DNA from: Eledone cirrhosa
Taxonomy: Eukaryota
Assembly (NCBI GenBank): GCA_964016885.1
Contig: OZ024743.1
Span: 77,004,001 to 77,068,000 of the forward strand
DNA length: 64,000 bases
Reading direction: 5' to 3'
Below the pieces are notes generated by a model. That model ran no database searches. It was given only the letters and a program-made list of their open reading frames with translations, and was not told the DNA's origin. Every line of letters begins with the position of its first letter. Positions within the stretch are counted from its first letter, which is position 1. This document shows, in pieces, positions 61,028-64,000 of the stretch. The translations under genes and the position numbers were made by a program.

Positions 61028-61900
61028 CATATAAATAAATTTACAGTAGAATAACATAACAAATATGTTTTAAATATATACATAAATAACATTACAAATG
61101 CTTAGATAACATTATAAATTGCTCGCGATTCATTCAGAAAGATATATTCTTTTAATGTTATAATATTAAAGAAAATGTAAAAGAAGGGGTGAACAACCGA
61201 GCCAACACCAGAGCAAAAGGCAGCAACATTGCGAGGAGTACTGGACAACCTCTCTAATGATTTTTTAAGCAAGCCAGCACACTCGCAGCGTTGCTTCAAG
61301 TGATGGCCAGGCTGATGCGCTGGAACAACCAAGCGCCCTCGCAAGATTCGCCAGTTACCTGTATTAGGCGAGCCGCCAGTAAAGAGAGGAACCTCGCAGT
61401 CAGCGGCCCGACTCCCCCAAACGTCACGAAAAACACAGGCTGAAAAATGTAGCTGGCTGACAGATCAGAGTATTTGAGGGTCTTACTCCGCTCGACTGGG
61501 GAAGCTGTGGCTCTCGTCCTAACCGCAGCATCCAGGATGTGGGAAAGAGCAAAAGAGTCACTAACAGTGACGTCCCAGACAAGGCACTTGACTCTCGACC
61601 AGGGGCACAGGGTAAGGCCGTTAGGTCTTTTGCCGTCACTTCTGGACAACCCAGATGGTTCCAAGACTGAGGGGATGTTCGCCCGGGCCAAAGCTCTCTT
61701 GAGAATGAGGTTTAGCTCCGTGTGACGCGCGAAGCGGTCGGCATTCACGCGGCAAGAAAGACCGAGGAGGCCTGTGGGGTCGAGGAGTTTGCCGCATCGA
61801 CACCTCAAACCCATGCAGACGTCAGCTCCCACTCTGAGAGCGATGGAGACACGAAGTTCGCCCAGGTTGAGTAGACCACCGACGTTGGCCACAGTGCACA
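61028..61900 (-). mobile_element. CRE-like (restriction-like endonuclease) non-LTR retrotransposon 3' fragment, inactive
   Basis: CRCG..LDPTGL.GLSC knuckle, RHTELN, EPSGLSRSDGKRPNG (PD mutated to PN), LVWDVTV and FQRISLAI. Confidence 0.8.
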
Positions 61901-62524
61901 TCCAAATAAATAACAGTATCCATAAACAAGGCCGCTTAACTTTTATAAATAGTTACACTTGTTTTTTTACTTGCATCTGACAAACTTAACAGACTAGCTT
62001 AATGCAATCAACTATATCTCATAATTACTGTAATGGTGACGTAGCACCCATCAACAGATGTGTAATACTCGCTATTATATGGTGTTTTACTATAAGCACC
62101 AAGTATTTCAACTATAGGGTAGGCTACAGTAAGGTCGGCACATGTTTGGGTAATTTTTTAGTTTCAGACTTGTATTTGCAATAATATAAATTTGCCTTAA
62201 ATTCATGATGATTTTGTAACAGTTTTATTTCTACATACAGGATGATACCGTGTGTGTGTGTGTGTGTACTGTGTAGGCGGCGAAGTGAAAGCGTTGGATA
62301 GAATGCTTTTCGGCATTTGTTCCGACTCTTCGTTCTGAGTTCAAATCCCGTCGAATGCCTTTTATTCTTTCAAGGTCAAGTGTTGTCTTCTTTCTGTGAG
62401 CGCAAAATGCTCGTGGGGGAGGCTGGCTTAATGCCCTGCCCGTAGCCAACATTGGTGGCCTACTCAGTCTGAATTAGCTCTGCTACTCCATTGCACTCAC
62501 AGTGGAAGCCGATGTCTGTGGGGG

Positions 62525-62660
62525 GACTTTTCTCTTGCCATACTAAGCTAAACTTAATTATTAAGCGGGCCCTGGCTCTGGTAAATATCCCCTTGAATCT
62601 GGAGCTGGTTGGATTGTCCAGAGTTGATGAGAAGAGACCAATTGGTCGTGCCCTTTGTCT
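62525..62660 (+). mobile_element. CRE-like fragment
   Basis: HTKLNLIIKRALALVNIPLNLELVGLSRVDEKRPIG, homologous to the ORF at 61296-61901. Confidence 0.65.
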
Positions 62661-63334
62661 TGGCTTTCTTTTATGTCATTCACTCTTTATCTGTACATCA
62701 GTAATATTTTTACTGTCAGTCCAGAACCTATGAGGGGGTGAGGCAAGGAGTTCACCGAACACGAGCCTGGAGATTTTCTAAGATCTCAGAAACTATTTGT
62801 AATTATTAAAGATCAGCATTCATAGACGAAAATTCCTCTCAGGTGTCCTGTAATTAGCCACATCCACTTCTAAGCAAACTACACCACCCTTCACTCCTCC
62901 TCATTCAAGAGGATAATATGTAGTATGGCCCCCTGCAAACAACACATTGCAAATACTAACTTATCAATGTTCTGTATGTGCTCTAATGTCTCCTCTTGCC
63001 ATCCCTGCCTCATCCCACACAAAATCCTGTACTATGAATATTTCCCAATACTTCTCCCCACAGTAGCAACTCTCTAAAAATATCCCCTTATTCATGTTTT
63101 CTTTACAGAGATCTCTTATGAAACTTGTTAACTCGTCTTCACAAGTTTAATCGGAGTACCAGATTTGTGACTAGGCTTCATCCCTTAATATTTAAAGTTC
63201 CTAAATGTAATCGCAAATTCTATTCCGAGTTTCTTTTCTTGCTCGTGGAATTTTATTCCAGGTTCTTACTTTCCTAAACAATGCGATTTTCAAAAGTTCA
63301 AAAGCAACTTCAATTGTCATCTCTCCTTGAATTG

Positions 63335-63408
<74 letters not shown>

Positions 63409-63548
63409 CCGTTTTCACTTCTCAGTGACCCCTTCCATTTTAGTGGCTATATTGCCTTGATAGGGTGAGTAAATTTTTAAAAAAAACTTACGTAAGTTGA
63501 CGTAAAAAATCGAGCACATCAACTTCACCAGTTTGGGAGGACCTGTAA

Positions 63549-63897
63549 AAGCTATAACCAACGACACTTAATTTAATTATAATAATTATTATTATTTCTA
63601 CTTTTGACACAAGGCCAGCAATTATCCCAGTGTATTACTGGTACTCTATTTTATCGACCCCGTAAGGATGAAAGCAACGTTAACCTCGGCGGGATTTGAA
63701 CTCAGGTCATAAAGGGCTATAACTCTTTGCTGCAAAGGCCCTTTATGGTCTGAGTTCAAATCCCGCCGAGGTTAACGTTGCTTTCATCCTTACGGGGTCG
63801 ATAAAATAAAGTACCAGTAATACACTAGGATAATTGCGGGCATTGTGTCAAAAGTAGAAACAATTATAATTAAATTAAGTGTAGTTGGTTATAGCTT
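63549..63897. repeat. Long inverted repeat (arms about 165 bp, 20-nt spacer) made of SINE family A plus its flank
   Basis: 63549-63717 is the near reverse complement of 63738-63897. Confidence 0.93.
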
Positions 63898-64000
63898 AAT
63901 TTAATCATAATAAAACTATAACAGTTCTTATAGAAACAGAAGTTTAAATATGTATATATGTCTGCAGAGTAGAAGAGTAGATTTATAAATTGTCGGCATA

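Overview
AT-rich, repeat-dense animal genomic DNA. The SINE and LINE repertoire suggests a coleoid cephalopod such as Octopus; this is an inference and was not searched. Most ORFs in the supplied track are artefacts of tandem repeats or decayed transposons. One host gene is supported: an Ataxin-10 (ATXN10) orthologue on the minus strand. I reconstructed seven GT-AG exons by hand (51397-51255, 29056-28892, 23037-22970, 19356-19254, 14571-14386, 10984-10907, 8744-8561). They splice into one open frame of 927 nt (309 codons), and the remaining exons should lie left of the window. About 3 kb upstream is a near-intact 5.8-kb L1/Tx1-type non-LTR retrotransposon with an intact APE-RT-CCHC ORF2 and an ORF1 broken only at an A8 run; both ends abut (GATA)n/(GA)n microsatellite. 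The rest is tRNA-derived SINEs, RTE/CR1/CRE/Vingi-like LINE fragments, Helitrons, Chapaev3, maT/mariner and piggyBac-, pogo- and hAT-like MITEs, plus many minisatellites. The most notable unexplained patterns are: (i) five fold-back palindromes, two of which turn at what looks like a hammerhead ribozyme helix II, beside a degenerate type I hammerhead core; (ii) minisatellites repeatedly derived from sub-parts of transposons, three just inside consecutive ATXN10 splice donors; (iii) strong co-orientation of one SINE family with the gene. I cannot demonstrate a new biological system from sequence alone; these are leads.
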